Made by a program: the position numbers and the translations under genes. Below the pieces are notes generated by a model. That model made no database searches. It was not told the origin of the DNA and saw nothing but the letters and a program-made list of their open reading frames with translations. A stretch of DNA of 63,271 nucleotides, the filler included. It is 8 parts of 8 records of this genome, joined end to end, with 100 filler letters (N's around TTAATTAATTAA, not from the genome) between each part and the next. Parts side by side here need not be neighbours in the genome. Positions count along the whole stretch, not along the records: positions 1 to 8,763 come from SRR31156797_39697; positions 8,864 to 14,349 come from SRR31156797_39719; 6 more parts are not named here. The stretch is one strand, 5' to 3'. Shown here one piece after another: positions 1 through 9,102 of the stretch. Positions within the stretch are counted from its first letter, which is position 1; every line of letters starts with the position of its first letter.

Positions 1-30
1 TTTGGTACGTTCAAATTTTTCTTTAGCCAT
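1..30 (-). CDS. tuf: Elongation factor Tu, N-terminal 10 codons (runs off window)
   Basis: Reverse complement reads ATGGCTAAAGAAAAATTTGAACGTACCAAA = MAKEKFERTK; AGGAG SD upstream; lies directly after the Thr-Tyr-Gly-Thr tRNA cluster. Confidence 0.95.
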   Translation of the reverse strand, partial: MAKEKFERTK

Positions 31-72
31 TTTAGTATTCTCCTATAGAGTTTTACCATTTGTTTTCAAGTG

Positions 73-145
73 AGCCCTTGATCGGACTTGAACCGATGAC
101 CTCATCCTTACCAAGGATGCGCGACTACCACTGTGCTACAAGGGC
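73..145 (-). tRNA. tRNA-Thr(GGT)
   Basis: GCCCTTG/CAAGGGC acceptor stem, CATCC-TTGGTAA-GGATG anticodon arm, GGTTCAAGTCC T-arm; CCA not encoded. Confidence 0.96.
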
Positions 146-147
146 AT

Positions 148-187
148 AAAAAAAGCCCATAACCGAAAACATGCGATTACAGGCTTT
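148..187 (-). terminator. Intrinsic terminator-like hairpin between tRNA-Gly and tRNA-Thr(GGT)
   Basis: Minus strand AAAGCCTGTAATCG-CATGTTTT-CGGTTATGGGCTTT (14-bp stem, 3 G-U pairs) ending in a T7 run. Confidence 0.55.
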
Positions 188-262
188 AATAGCTTGCGGC
201 TTGTTTTCTGGTCCGTGCGAGCTTTTGAGTAGCTCTCCCAGGTGAGATGCCAAATACCATAG

Positions 263-333
263 AGCGAGTGATGAGGATCGAACTCACGTAGTCAGCTTGG
301 AAGGCTGATGTTCTACCATTGAACTACACTCGC
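263..333 (-). tRNA. tRNA-Gly(TCC)
   Basis: GCGAGTG/CACTCGC acceptor stem, TCAGC-CTTCCAA-GCTGA anticodon arm, GTTCGATC T-loop. Confidence 0.96.
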
Positions 334-381
334 ATATCAAATAACGCGAGTGAGAGTGAGTTTGCTCGACACCCGCAAAAG

Positions 382-464
382 TGGGCCAGGATGGATTTGA
401 ACCACCGTAGACTTCCGTCGTCAGATTTACAGTCTGATGCCATTGACCACTCGGCCACTGACCC
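382..464 (-). tRNA. tRNA-Tyr(GTA)
   Basis: GGGTCAG/CTGGCCC acceptor stem, TCAGA-CTGTAAA-TCTGA anticodon arm, long variable arm, GGTTCAAATCC. Confidence 0.96.
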
Positions 465-470
465 ATTTTG

Positions 471-546
471 TGGAGCCACTAGCCGGAATCGAACCAGCGA
501 CCAACGGTTTACAAAACCGTCGCTCTACCAGCTGAGCTATAGTGGC
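471..546 (-). tRNA. tRNA-Thr(TGT)
   Basis: GCCACTA/TAGTGGC acceptor stem, ACGGT-TTTGTAA-ACCGT anticodon arm, GGTTCGATTCC, encoded CCA. Confidence 0.97.
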
Positions 547-568
547 TAGTCATATCAAAAAGCCAAGA

Positions 569-596
569 AATATAACAAATAATTCCTGCGTTGCAA
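569..596 (-). promoter_or_regulatory. Putative sigma70-type promoter of the tRNA-tuf operon
   Basis: TTGCAA-N16-TATATT with TG just upstream of the -10, about 22 nt before the first tRNA. Confidence 0.5.
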
Positions 597-653
597 ACAG
601 TTTATGTTAAAATAATCAAATTAATTTCAAACACTACATAAAGGCACGTATTG

Positions 654-790
654 ACGTTGAAATGTTGAAACGTTGAAGCGTTGAAAAATTATGAATGATA
701 GATTATGGATGATGGATGATGGAATACGATAGAACTTAAGAAAATCCTTATTCGCAATTTACTTCTATTATTCTAATGTTCGCTATTCAT
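654..790. repeat. Short tandem repeat arrays (octamer RYGTTGAA x4; heptamer ATGGATG-like x5; degenerate inverted array)
   Basis: acgttgaa-atgttgaa-acgttgaa-gcgttgaa at 654-685; atgaatg-atagatt-atggatg-atggatg-atggaat at 691-725; TTC-periodic array 759-790 ending in attcat. Confidence 0.7.
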
Positions 791-912
791 GATGCTGTCT
801 CTGCACTTCTAATATCAAACATCCTTGTTCGACACTCGTAGATCTCTCAACTTCTCCACCTCTGTCCGCCATAGCCCGCGTTGCTCCAGCAAAGTTGGGA
901 CGAAGACGGATA

Positions 913-968
913 TCCTCTTCTCTCACTCTTTCACTCCCCACTTCCCCTCTTCTCCACTTCTCCGCCTC
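913..968. repeat. Degenerate pyrimidine-rich octamer tandem repeat (CCACTTCT-like)
   Basis: ctcactct-ttcactcc-ccacttcc-cctcttct-ccacttct-ccgcctca immediately after the thioesterase stop. Confidence 0.6.
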
Positions 969-1416
969 AGCGCTCAGTGCCCAGTGCTCTTCGATGAAGC
1001 GCAGCTTCAAAACGTCTTTTCTGCTCTTCCGTCTCTGGTACCAGCTTTGGCACTTCAACCGGCTTGCCATTCTCATCCATCGCGACCATGGTAAAGTAAC
1101 ATGAAATACAGTGCCTTTGCGTATTGGTCTTCAAGTCGTCAGCAACGATCTTGATACCGATCTCCATAGAAGTACGACCAGTATAATTCACCGAAGCATA
1201 AAAGGTAACAAGATCACCGACATTAATAGCTTCCTTGAACAATACTTTTTCAACCGATAAGGTTACAACATAATGGCCGCTGTATTTTGCTGCACATGAG
1301 TATGCCACTTGATCCATGAGCTTCAGCATTTCTCCCCCATGCACTTTCCCGGAGAAATTCGCCTTGTCCGGAGTCATGAGGATGGTCATCTCGAGCGTGG
1401 AATTTTTTTTATTCAT
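967..1416 (-). CDS. Acyl-CoA thioesterase (hotdog fold, YciA-like)
   Basis: ANFSGKVHGGEMLKLMDQVAY, VVTLSVEKVLFKEAINVGD and TGRTSMEIGI motifs. Confidence 0.92.
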   Translation of the reverse strand: MNKKNSTLEMTILMTPDKANFSGKVHGGEMLKLMDQVAYSCAAKYSGHYVVTLSVEKVLFKEAINVGDLVTFYASVNYTGRTSMEIGIKIVADDLKTNTQRHCISCYFTMVAMDENGKPVEVPKLVPETEEQKRRFEAALHRRALGTER

Positions 1417-1428
1417 AGGGTCACCAAA

Positions 1429-4332
1429 TTATTTTGTGATTTCCTTAATTTGTAAATCTCTTATTAGGAATGCAACATCATTCTCATTCAAGTTTGATTC
1501 CGGAATTGTTATCTTCAGAACGTGCTCACCCGGCTTCAAATTCTTGATCGGGATCACCGTCTCCACGAACTTCTGCCAGCTTCCCGAGCATTCCGGCTGC
1601 AGCCCGTCCTCCGAAACTTTAACGAAGGTGGAACTTCTGGCTTCTAAGCCATCCAGCTCGACCTTAACCTTATTACTTGAAAAAACTCCAGCGATATTTA
1701 AATGTAAGTTAAAATCGCCCTCTACATCATTTTCAAAGTTCCAGGTCAGTGTTTTCCCGGTCGGTGCTTTGTAGTACCACTGGGTTTGCGCATATTCATA
1801 ATGGATATCCATTTCCTCAGGTAAAGCTTCCTCAGCTTCATAAGGATAAAGCACGATCACTTCACCTTTGCTCAATCGTCGTTGCCAAAGCGTTTCGTAA
1901 CGGGCGGCCATTTCGCTGTGCACGCGTGGAGGATTCTTGGCGATCTCTTCTGCATTCAGATCGATCATGAGTTCAAGGTCTTCTGCTGTTATCTTAATCT
2001 TTGGCTGAAAATTCTTAGATTTGATATACTTATAAAGCTCACTGGTCATAAATCTCGTGGATGCGGACCAGTTCAAGTGTTGGACAAGGTTAAGGGTTGA
2101 GATCAGCAGCTTGCCTTTTCCGATCTGCATTTCTACAAGATAAGCTTTATGCTCACCGCGATAGAAATTATCGATCGCCTGGATCATGGGTTGCATGCCA
2201 TCCGGGAAAAATTTAAGATGCAATGATTTCGCCCGGTAGATCATGGGCCAAAATTGCATGTCACAATATCCGTCATGTGGGAAGTTCTTCAATGCCGGAT
2301 GATCAAAGATCACCGTTCCGCTATTCCCGTAGCGCTTGGGATGATTAGAGCAAATGGTCAACCAATTTGTAAGTGGCTCATCCAATTGCGGAAATACCGG
2401 TGGCGCTTGATATGCCGGATCGATGCGCGTGATATGCAATCCGAATATCCCCATTTCTTCCGGCCAGGCCCAGGTCTTGCCACTTAGCAGCCAAATATTG
2501 CCACCTTCATTCAAATGATCGTAAAAACTCTCATCCCAGGAATCTGTCAGGATCAAGTCTTCAATTGATGGTTTTAATTTATCCAGATCTGTCGAATTTT
2601 CCGTATTGGGCATGTACTCTTCGAGCTTACCCAAGCGTTCGTTCGGATCCCAGATCATGGTCTTTTCTGTTTCCAGCTCTTTGATCTCCGGGAACACCCA
2701 AAAATTCCACTCATTTTTGATCTTTTCCTTCCCGGAATATGTCCAAGCCTTCAAGGTCAACTTTTGAGCTGATTTCAATTCGTTTAAAGGCAGTTCAATT
2801 TTTACAACATTCTTTACATCAACTGCTGGAATATCAAATTCAGAGATTACTCCACCTCTCCACGTCTCCGCCTCTCCACTTCTGAGGAGTTCCCACTCTC
2901 CTCCTCTCGATTCAAACGACAATCCCCCATGATGAGAACAATGCAAAGTTAAGCGCAGGGTATCTGAGTTTGTCAATACCCTCTCATTCCAAGAGCAAAG
3001 CAAAACGGTCTCCCCATTCGTTTGTAAAAATTCTTCCGCACTCTCGTTTTTGGGATCTGCAAAGTCATCAACCACGCCTGAAACATAGGCGCCACAATCG
3101 GTAAATCGTAACATACTGTAACCGTCCAGTTCAGGGAATTTTCTAGCCTCTTCAAGCATCTCTTTGCGAACTTGTGCCTGAATAGCTTCTGTATTTTTTA
3201 CATAAACCGGAAGCATATGCTCCAAACTATTCTCTTTGGCTTTAACCATCATCGTATCGATCCAGGGAGGAATGGAATCGTACTTTGAGATAAGGGCAGG
3301 GTTAGGATAGGAAGCTACCAAGGGGTATTCATGAGCAATAATAGGAAATTCGTCTGTCCGTCCTTTTCTGTTGCCGCAAAGATATGCTTCAAATGCTTCG
3401 TTGGCAAATTCGGCTCTGTGTTCATATTCACCTATGGGACGTTCGATCAGATCGAACTTTCCATAGTCGTCATTAAAGGGATTGGAACCGCTGCGATTCA
3501 ATACCAATGTGCCTGGATCCAGGTCTTTCGCAAGATCGTATAAACTGTCCAGAACCTCAACCAGACCCGGTGTATTGAAATACATTTCATTACCGCACCC
3601 ATATATAAATGTTGCCGGATGTTTCCGTCCCATCTTGACCATGTCAATCCAGATATCACGCCATTCGGCAAAACGTTCCGACTGAACATCATCCCCGATC
3701 TTTTTACCACCGGTTTCCATCTGGACAAGGATACCCACTTCATCGGCGATCTTCATGTAACTCTCTTGGGGAATGTGCGAATGATGCCGTACCACATTGA
3801 ATCCAAAATTCTTTGCTTGTGTCAATCGTTTGCGTATAGCATCTTTTGAAAGGTCATCGCAAGCACAACCGCCCTCTCCGCCATAGGCGCGGACATACAT
3901 GGGCAGTCCGTTTAAATAGAATTTACCCTCTTTCGTCTCAAATGACCGTATGCCGAATCGACGGGTACCAACATATAATAATTTGTTTGCCTTATCTCTG
4001 ATCTTTAAGGTCAAATAGTATAGATTCGGTGTGTCCGGACTCCATAACATCTTTTTGTCCAGAGCCAATCGAAGGACATATTCACCATCCACAAATTTCC
4101 AGTCGAGATTTTTATAATGGATATTTCTTCCCTTGGGTTGCTTTAGGCTGATGTTCACTGACTCATCCGAACGCAGGGCATCATCACGTGAAAATATAAC
4201 AGTTAGATGCGCATCATCCGGTGATGAAATAACTCGCAGGTCATTGAAACCCACAACACTTTTTTCACCAGAGCAGGAAAATACAGCTACTAACAAACTG
4301 ATAAAGACGATACCGGCAATTAACTTCTTCAT
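1429..4332 (-). CDS. Glycoside hydrolase family 2-like lipoprotein (TIM barrel) with C-terminal beta-sandwich/CBM-like domain
   Basis: Lipobox VFSC; LWSPDTPNLY, RRFGIRSF, FYLNG, GFNVVRHHSH, ADEVGILV, GNE (acid/base) and HEY (likely nucleophile); C-terminal GSWQKF...LKPGEHVLKI. Confidence 0.8.
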   Translation of the reverse strand: MKKLIAGIVFISLLVAVFSCSGEKSVVGFNDLRVISSPDDAHLTVIFSRDDALRSDESVNISLKQPKGRNIHYKNLDWKFVDGEYVLRLALDKKMLWSPDTPNLYYLTLKIRDKANKLLYVGTRRFGIRSFETKEGKFYLNGLPMYVRAYGGEGGCACDDLSKDAIRKRLTQAKNFGFNVVRHHSHIPQESYMKIADEVGILVQMETGGKKIGDDVQSERFAEWRDIWIDMVKMGRKHPATFIYGCGNEMYFNTPGLVEVLDSLYDLAKDLDPGTLVLNRSGSNPFNDDYGKFDLIERPIGEYEHRAEFANEAFEAYLCGNRKGRTDEFPIIAHEYPLVASYPNPALISKYDSIPPWIDTMMVKAKENSLEHMLPVYVKNTEAIQAQVRKEMLEEARKFPELDGYSMLRFTDCGAYVSGVVDDFADPKNESAEEFLQTNGETVLLCSWNERVLTNSDTLRLTLHCSHHGGLSFESRGGEWELLRSGEAETWRGGVISEFDIPAVDVKNVVKIELPLNELKSAQKLTLKAWTYSGKEKIKNEWNFWVFPEIKELETEKTMIWDPNERLGKLEEYMPNTENSTDLDKLKPSIEDLILTDSWDESFYDHLNEGGNIWLLSGKTWAWPEEMGIFGLHITRIDPAYQAPPVFPQLDEPLTNWLTICSNHPKRYGNSGTVIFDHPALKNFPHDGYCDMQFWPMIYRAKSLHLKFFPDGMQPMIQAIDNFYRGEHKAYLVEMQIGKGKLLISTLNLVQHLNWSASTRFMTSELYKYIKSKNFQPKIKITAEDLELMIDLNAEEIAKNPPRVHSEMAARYETLWQRRLSKGEVIVLYPYEAEEALPEEMDIHYEYAQTQWYYKAPTGKTLTWNFENDVEGDFNLHLNIAGVFSSNKVKVELDGLEARSSTFVKVSEDGLQPECSGSWQKFVETVIPIKNLKPGEHVLKITIPESNLNENDVAFLIRDLQIKEITK

Positions 4333-4440
4333 TTCACCACACTATTTAGAGTTTTTTATTTACTCTTGAATATAAAAAAATGATCGAGATTATCAATCGT
4401 TTATATTCATCTTGATTTTTTTTACAGCACAATTCAACAG

Positions 4441-4468
4441 CTTACTGCTTACTGTTTACTGCATACTG
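4441..4468. repeat. Heptamer tandem repeat (YWTACTG x4)
   Basis: cttactg-cttactg-tttactg-catactg abutting the stop of the 4470-6422 gene. Confidence 0.75.
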
Positions 4469-4469
4469 T

Positions 4470-6422
4470 TTACATTCCCCCAAAGCGCTTCCTTAATATC
4501 CAGTCGGCACATAGCAATAAAAACATGACGCCAAACAAGAAATAGCTCTTCCGGGCAATGAACATAGAGTTTATTTGCATCCACTGTTTTTCAGTGGAAA
4601 TTGAACTCAGCACTTTCGCTGAACTGTCTATAGATACATAGTGTCCGTCGTTATCTTCAGCCAACTTTTTCAGTATGGTTTCATTACAACCATTTTGACG
4701 TTTTTCCATATCGTTGATATCAATTTTTATGTAGGATGTATCATTCTCCAATAAAATATCTTGATAGTAGAGTTGAGCGCTAAGGATATAATCTCCGGCT
4801 TGTTCAAATGAGAATTCCGCAAGCATTTCATCCGAGCGTAATTCCCTGCGTTTTAATTCATTATAATTACTATCCAATATACTTAAACGTAATGTTTCAC
4901 TTCCATCAAGAAGGTCAGTATTGGTTCTTTGAACTGCAATGGGTACGGAGTAATATTCTATACCAGTGTATATGTCCTCATCCAAAGAAAAGTAAGCGTT
5001 GGAGAATTGTTTAATCATGACCTCAACAATGCCTTCTATCAAATATCTGTATATACCGTTCCAATCTTTTCCATAACCGGCCAGATTCCATCGCCATAGT
5101 CCGGATGCATTGATCACAATAGCTTTCTTCTCCCGTTCTTCCATGATCACCGGACGATCATTCTCCGACCTCAAGATCACCTTGCCCTCATCACTATATC
5201 TTGCAACTTGGATCGGGGGCAATTGCGTCCAATATCGAGTATTTTCACCCGGATCGGATGCAAAATGCACGTAGGATCTCATTAATTCGATCTCAAGTTC
5301 TGATTCACTTTGATACGTATTTTTATCATCACGATAGATCAAAACTGACGGTATATCATCATGTATTCTGGGATATATGTCCGGATACCATGTTTGGATA
5401 ATAATATCCGGTTCATGATCAGGATAGTGTTCAAACCATTCTTCCTGACCAAATACATGATAACGTTCATTTTCGCTCAACACTGTTTTGATCATGGCCA
5501 CATCTTCATCCGGGATACCGGCATAACATAAAATATTGATAGCAGATGAATGTATGCGAATATTTTCAGCCCCAAATCTTGTATTATCATCACCTTGATT
5601 TATATACCATTCCCAGTTACTATTCCCTTCTGCTTCCGGTGGAAATACCTTATCCATGATGATCATTCTTTGAGCGGGAATATGAACACCTTGCCTCAGA
5701 ACTTCTTTGCCATCTTTCAGTATGAACATTTCAGCTTCAATTAATTCACTGCCTGAGTTAAACAAGGTCCAAGTAAGTGAGATGGAATCTCCCTCAAAAA
5801 TATGTTCGGGATATTTGATCGATCTTAGTTCAGGTAATCCGCTTTTCTGCTTATTACCTACTCCAATGGCATGTACTTTTAATCCCTTTTGAAGCCTGAT
5901 GCTCTCCAACTCTTCACCAAGATAGGAATGTCCATCCCCTACCAAGACTAACTCTTTGAATTTAGTCTGCATTTCGGCAAATCTAATTAATTTACCGTTA
6001 TCGCTTATCATCTCGTTGACAGAAGACCTTTTCAACAAATTCTCTGAAATAATTCCGGGGTCGGACATACCTGAAATATGGAAAATGTTTACTTCTTTAT
6101 TTAAATTTCGGTAGGCTTTTGAACCGATAATACGATCAACGGTAAAGTTGCTATCTGAAAGCACCATACTTTGCGAAAGATCCCATAATATGGCAATATC
6201 GGGCTTTACCTGTTTATCATGAGTTTTTTCGATCTTTAAATCTGAGAAGATCAGGATAAATATGATCAATGCGGCAATTCTAAGGCATGCCAAAATGTAT
6301 TTGAGTACTTTAGGGTAAAAACTGTTCTTTATATTCTTGAATGACCAATAAACTAAAAAGATAAGTAAAAGGCCGGTGATCAATAGAAGTATCCAGGAGG
6401 ATGTCAGTTCAACATGCAACAT
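4470..6422 (-). CDS. Membrane-anchored vWA-domain protein
   Basis: Two N-terminal TM helices (LRIAAL), DLSQSM MIDAS-like motif, VLVGDG, VHAIGVG, GLWRW, C-terminal TM ending DWILRKRFG. Confidence 0.7.
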   Translation of the reverse strand: MLHVELTSSWILLLITGLLLIFLVYWSFKNIKNSFYPKVLKYILACLRIAALIIFILIFSDLKIEKTHDKQVKPDIAILWDLSQSMVLSDSNFTVDRIIGSKAYRNLNKEVNIFHISGMSDPGIISENLLKRSSVNEMISDNGKLIRFAEMQTKFKELVLVGDGHSYLGEELESIRLQKGLKVHAIGVGNKQKSGLPELRSIKYPEHIFEGDSISLTWTLFNSGSELIEAEMFILKDGKEVLRQGVHIPAQRMIIMDKVFPPEAEGNSNWEWYINQGDDNTRFGAENIRIHSSAINILCYAGIPDEDVAMIKTVLSENERYHVFGQEEWFEHYPDHEPDIIIQTWYPDIYPRIHDDIPSVLIYRDDKNTYQSESELEIELMRSYVHFASDPGENTRYWTQLPPIQVARYSDEGKVILRSENDRPVIMEEREKKAIVINASGLWRWNLAGYGKDWNGIYRYLIEGIVEVMIKQFSNAYFSLDEDIYTGIEYYSVPIAVQRTNTDLLDGSETLRLSILDSNYNELKRRELRSDEMLAEFSFEQAGDYILSAQLYYQDILLENDTSYIKIDINDMEKRQNGCNETILKKLAEDNDGHYVSIDSSAKVLSSISTEKQWMQINSMFIARKSYFLFGVMFLLLCADWILRKRFGGM

Positions 6423-6428
6423 GCCGGA

Positions 6429-6689
6429 TCAGCGCAACCCTCGTTTGCCATGTAATCTGGAGATGCGAATGATCTGTTCATACAGCTCTTTGATCTCGTC
6501 ATCGCGGATCGTTTGCTTGGGAAGAGATTGAAGTTTTTCAAAAACTTCCTTTTCTCTGTTTTCGTCTAGAACGTCCCGCCCTGCTTCTTTTTTTAATTTT
6601 CCCAATTCAAAGGCTAATTCCATACGTTCGTCAAGCAATTTGACAAGTTGCTCATCGATCTTGTCTATTTTCTTTCTAAATCTGTCCAT
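6429..6689 (-). CDS. Chorismate mutase, AroQ (type II)
   Basis: RKKIDKIDEQLVKLLDERM...GKLK...VLDENREKEV pattern, 86 aa. Confidence 0.9.
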   Translation of the reverse strand: MDRFRKKIDKIDEQLVKLLDERMELAFELGKLKKEAGRDVLDENREKEVFEKLQSLPKQTIRDDEIKELYEQIIRISRLHGKRGLR

Positions 6690-7918
6690 TAATACTCACT
6701 TAAAGGTTCAGTTAATTGAAAATCCCCAAATCCGGTCTGATCCACGAAAATAAAACTACGGTTAACAGAATAATAGTACCAAATAATATAGGGTTTGCTG
6801 TCTATCTCCATATGATGCTCTTCAATGGCATCGGGTTCGCCATAAATAATAAAGATCATACCTCGATCTGAGCGCCAACCTTCACGATGTCCGGAAAAAC
6901 GTTCATTTGATACATGTACGCGATAATAGTATTCGTTCATCAACTCATTATTTTCAGTATGAGGTGTAGGGTCGATCTTTTGCCAAGTTTCGGTAAAGAA
7001 ATTCTTCTGTTCATCACCTTCGGCATTCAGCATTTTCTTATATGTTCGTACGGGGAAATATCCGGTATGCGAAAGGTATCGCATCTGTTGGATCGCATCT
7101 TCTAAATTCGGGATCAATGAATTCGTCCCGCTCCATTGAACACGCAAGGGGATATCTCTTGTATATTCCGTACTGTCAATAACAGCCTTAAGAGTAAGGA
7201 AGTATTGATTATAGTTCAAATCCTGAGTTTTTACCGGGAATATATATTCATGTTTTTCTTTTATAAGATCGATCTCGAATTTTGCATGCTTTAATATTTT
7301 ATCTCGAGATCTCACGATATACGAAAAGGGGTAGCGTCCCTCAACACCTGCAGCACTAAATCCGATATATATGGCTTCGGGCATATCACTACTTCCATTG
7401 AGGTACACAGAATCGCTGACAAAATATAAGTCACCGATCATCCAGGGGCCTGAACTTAAATTGGACATATCCACTTCCCGGATCTGCTTTCTCCGGTTTT
7501 GGGTCTTCAGATCCGTTATCAGGATTTCCAGTCTATATTTGCCGGGAACCAAAGTATATGTCTTTTCCAGCTTAATGGTTTTGTTCCGGGAATTGGTCAT
7601 TTTGAATTCATTGACCACCAGTTTTTCGATCCAGCTTTCGCCTACTAATTTCTTCTTTCCGTCAAAGATCATGATGGAGACATCAAAACGTCCTTTGAAT
7701 TGATCCTTCTGTTTTACAAAATGGATCTCGTCATACGGCATGCTCATCCTGATCTCCAACTCACCTTTACCCGGCTCATTGGACGGCCTGACAACATGTT
7801 CAATTTTATATTCCGGACCTATCTGCCATTTTTTACTCTTAACTTGCGCAGATAAGACACTGCTAAGTAACAGTATTGCAGTTAGAATTAAAATAAATGT
7901 ATGTTTGGTGTTTTTCAT
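6689..7918 (-). CDS. GWxTD domain-containing secreted protein
   Basis: Signal peptide; WQKIDPTP...NELMNEYYYRV...EGWRSDRGMIFIIYGEPD C-terminal domain. Confidence 0.88.
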   Translation of the reverse strand: MKNTKHTFILILTAILLLSSVLSAQVKSKKWQIGPEYKIEHVVRPSNEPGKGELEIRMSMPYDEIHFVKQKDQFKGRFDVSIMIFDGKKKLVGESWIEKLVVNEFKMTNSRNKTIKLEKTYTLVPGKYRLEILITDLKTQNRRKQIREVDMSNLSSGPWMIGDLYFVSDSVYLNGSSDMPEAIYIGFSAAGVEGRYPFSYIVRSRDKILKHAKFEIDLIKEKHEYIFPVKTQDLNYNQYFLTLKAVIDSTEYTRDIPLRVQWSGTNSLIPNLEDAIQQMRYLSHTGYFPVRTYKKMLNAEGDEQKNFFTETWQKIDPTPHTENNELMNEYYYRVHVSNERFSGHREGWRSDRGMIFIIYGEPDAIEEHHMEIDSKPYIIWYYYSVNRSFIFVDQTGFGDFQLTEPLSEY

Positions 7919-8046
7919 ATCAGTAAAAATTATATCTTATTCAAATCATATCCAACCGAAAAGGTTCCGAATTTCAAGAGACAAGCCCCAATAACCATAA
8001 GACAATTATCACTGATTGGATATTTGTGTTTGTATCTTGACTCTTT

Positions 8047-8763
8047 TTATTTTTTACTCTTCTTGGGTTGGAGCAGTCTTACACGATGCATACCCCAGAC
8101 CGTAATGACCGTCAACAGGATAGTAACAACAGCTGTTACAAGCACATGTGCAATAGTTAATACCGCAGGATCAACGATCAAATACTGGACCATCTCAAGA
8201 AGGATCATGCTTGCTGCCATGATCGGAATATAGATCATGTTATATCTTAGCACCAACAAGTAGAGCGCGATCATCATAAGGCCAACTACGCTTCCGCCCA
8301 ACAACCACCATCCGATTGAAAGCTTGCCTACGTATGCAAATCCGGAAAGGAACAATAAGATGATTGTAAGTGATTTTCTCTTTTGCCATCCACCACTTAG
8401 TTTTTCGGCAACTACAAAAGGTACCATTAACATAATGAATGTGACGAAATATGATTCGATCGACGAAAAGAAACTTAGCATGATCGGATGTATGGATTCA
8501 AGCTCCAGTGGTGATATTACAACCGGCATCCTGGTGATCATATTACCTTGCGCAAACGCTATTACAGCTGCCAAAATAAGTCCCAGCCCTACTCCCTTCA
8601 CACCAATGACATGCTCGTTTCGTTGAACATGCAGAGGCATTCTTGCCATATAACCGACAGGTATCGCATACAAGAAGGATGAAAATACCGTTCCGAGCAC
8701 CACACCGATCACAAGCATCATCATCATGTTGGAATAGGGTTCCGATGTAGGATATTGCCCAAT
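8047..8763 (-). CDS. Multi-pass membrane protein, C-terminal part (5' truncated by contig end)
   Basis: Frame stays open to the contig edge (IGQYPTSEPYSN...); about 7 hydrophobic segments; no diagnostic motif visible. Confidence 0.7.
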   Translation of the reverse strand: MGQYPTSEPYSNMMMMLVIGVVLGTVFSSFLYAIPVGYMARMPLHVQRNEHVIGVKGVGLGLILAAVIAFAQGNMITRMPVVISPLELESIHPIMLSFFSSIESYFVTFIMLMVPFVVAEKLSGGWQKRKSLTIILLFLSGFAYVGKLSIGWWLLGGSVVGLMMIALYLLVLRYNMIYIPIMAASMILLEMVQYLIVDPAVLTIAHVLVTAVVTILLTVITVWGMHRVRLLQPKKSKK

Positions 8764-8863
8764 NNNNNNNNNNNNNNNNNNNNNNNNNNNNNNNNNNNNN
8801 NNNNNNNTTAATTAATTAANNNNNNNNNNNNNNNNNNNNNNNNNNNNNNNNNNNNNNNNNNNN
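8764..8863. other. Artificial contig spacer
   Basis: N44-TTAATTAATTAA-N44, stops in all six frames. Confidence 0.99.
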
Positions 8864-9102
8864 GTGATCGCCGAGATATTGGCCGTAGCGATGATGGAAA
8901 GGTTGATTCCTCCCGTCAGCATGGAGATCATCATGGCCAGGGAGAGAAGCCCCAGTTCGGGCAGCTGAAACGCCATTCCCTGGAAGGTGCTTAGCTGGAG
9001 AAAGTTCCTCGGGCTCAGTACGACCATCAGAAGAAAGGAGCCTGCGAGGATAAGGCTGAGAACTTTAATCTCAGGTTTTTTCTTGAAATCTGTTATTAAC
9101 AT
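8864..9102 (-). CDS. Sugar ABC transporter permease 2 (3' truncated)
   Basis: NFLQLSTFQGMAFQLPELGLLSLAMMISMLTGGINLS, RbsC/BPD_transp_2 signature. Confidence 0.9.

Noticed and set aside
284-549. ORFs 284..466 and 319..549
   Set aside because: They overlap clear tRNA genes and are incidental translations
654-968. CRISPR array
   Set aside because: Repeat units are 7-8 bp with no spacers, and no cas genes occur in the window
783-1104. Three short ORFs over the repeat-rich intergenic region
   Set aside because: Open only because of low-complexity repeats or overlap with the thioesterase; no protein-like motifs
8808-8819. Recurrent TTAATTAATTAA palindrome
   Set aside because: Synthetic all-frame stop linker inside N runs, not biological; ORF-track ends that run into it are artefacts
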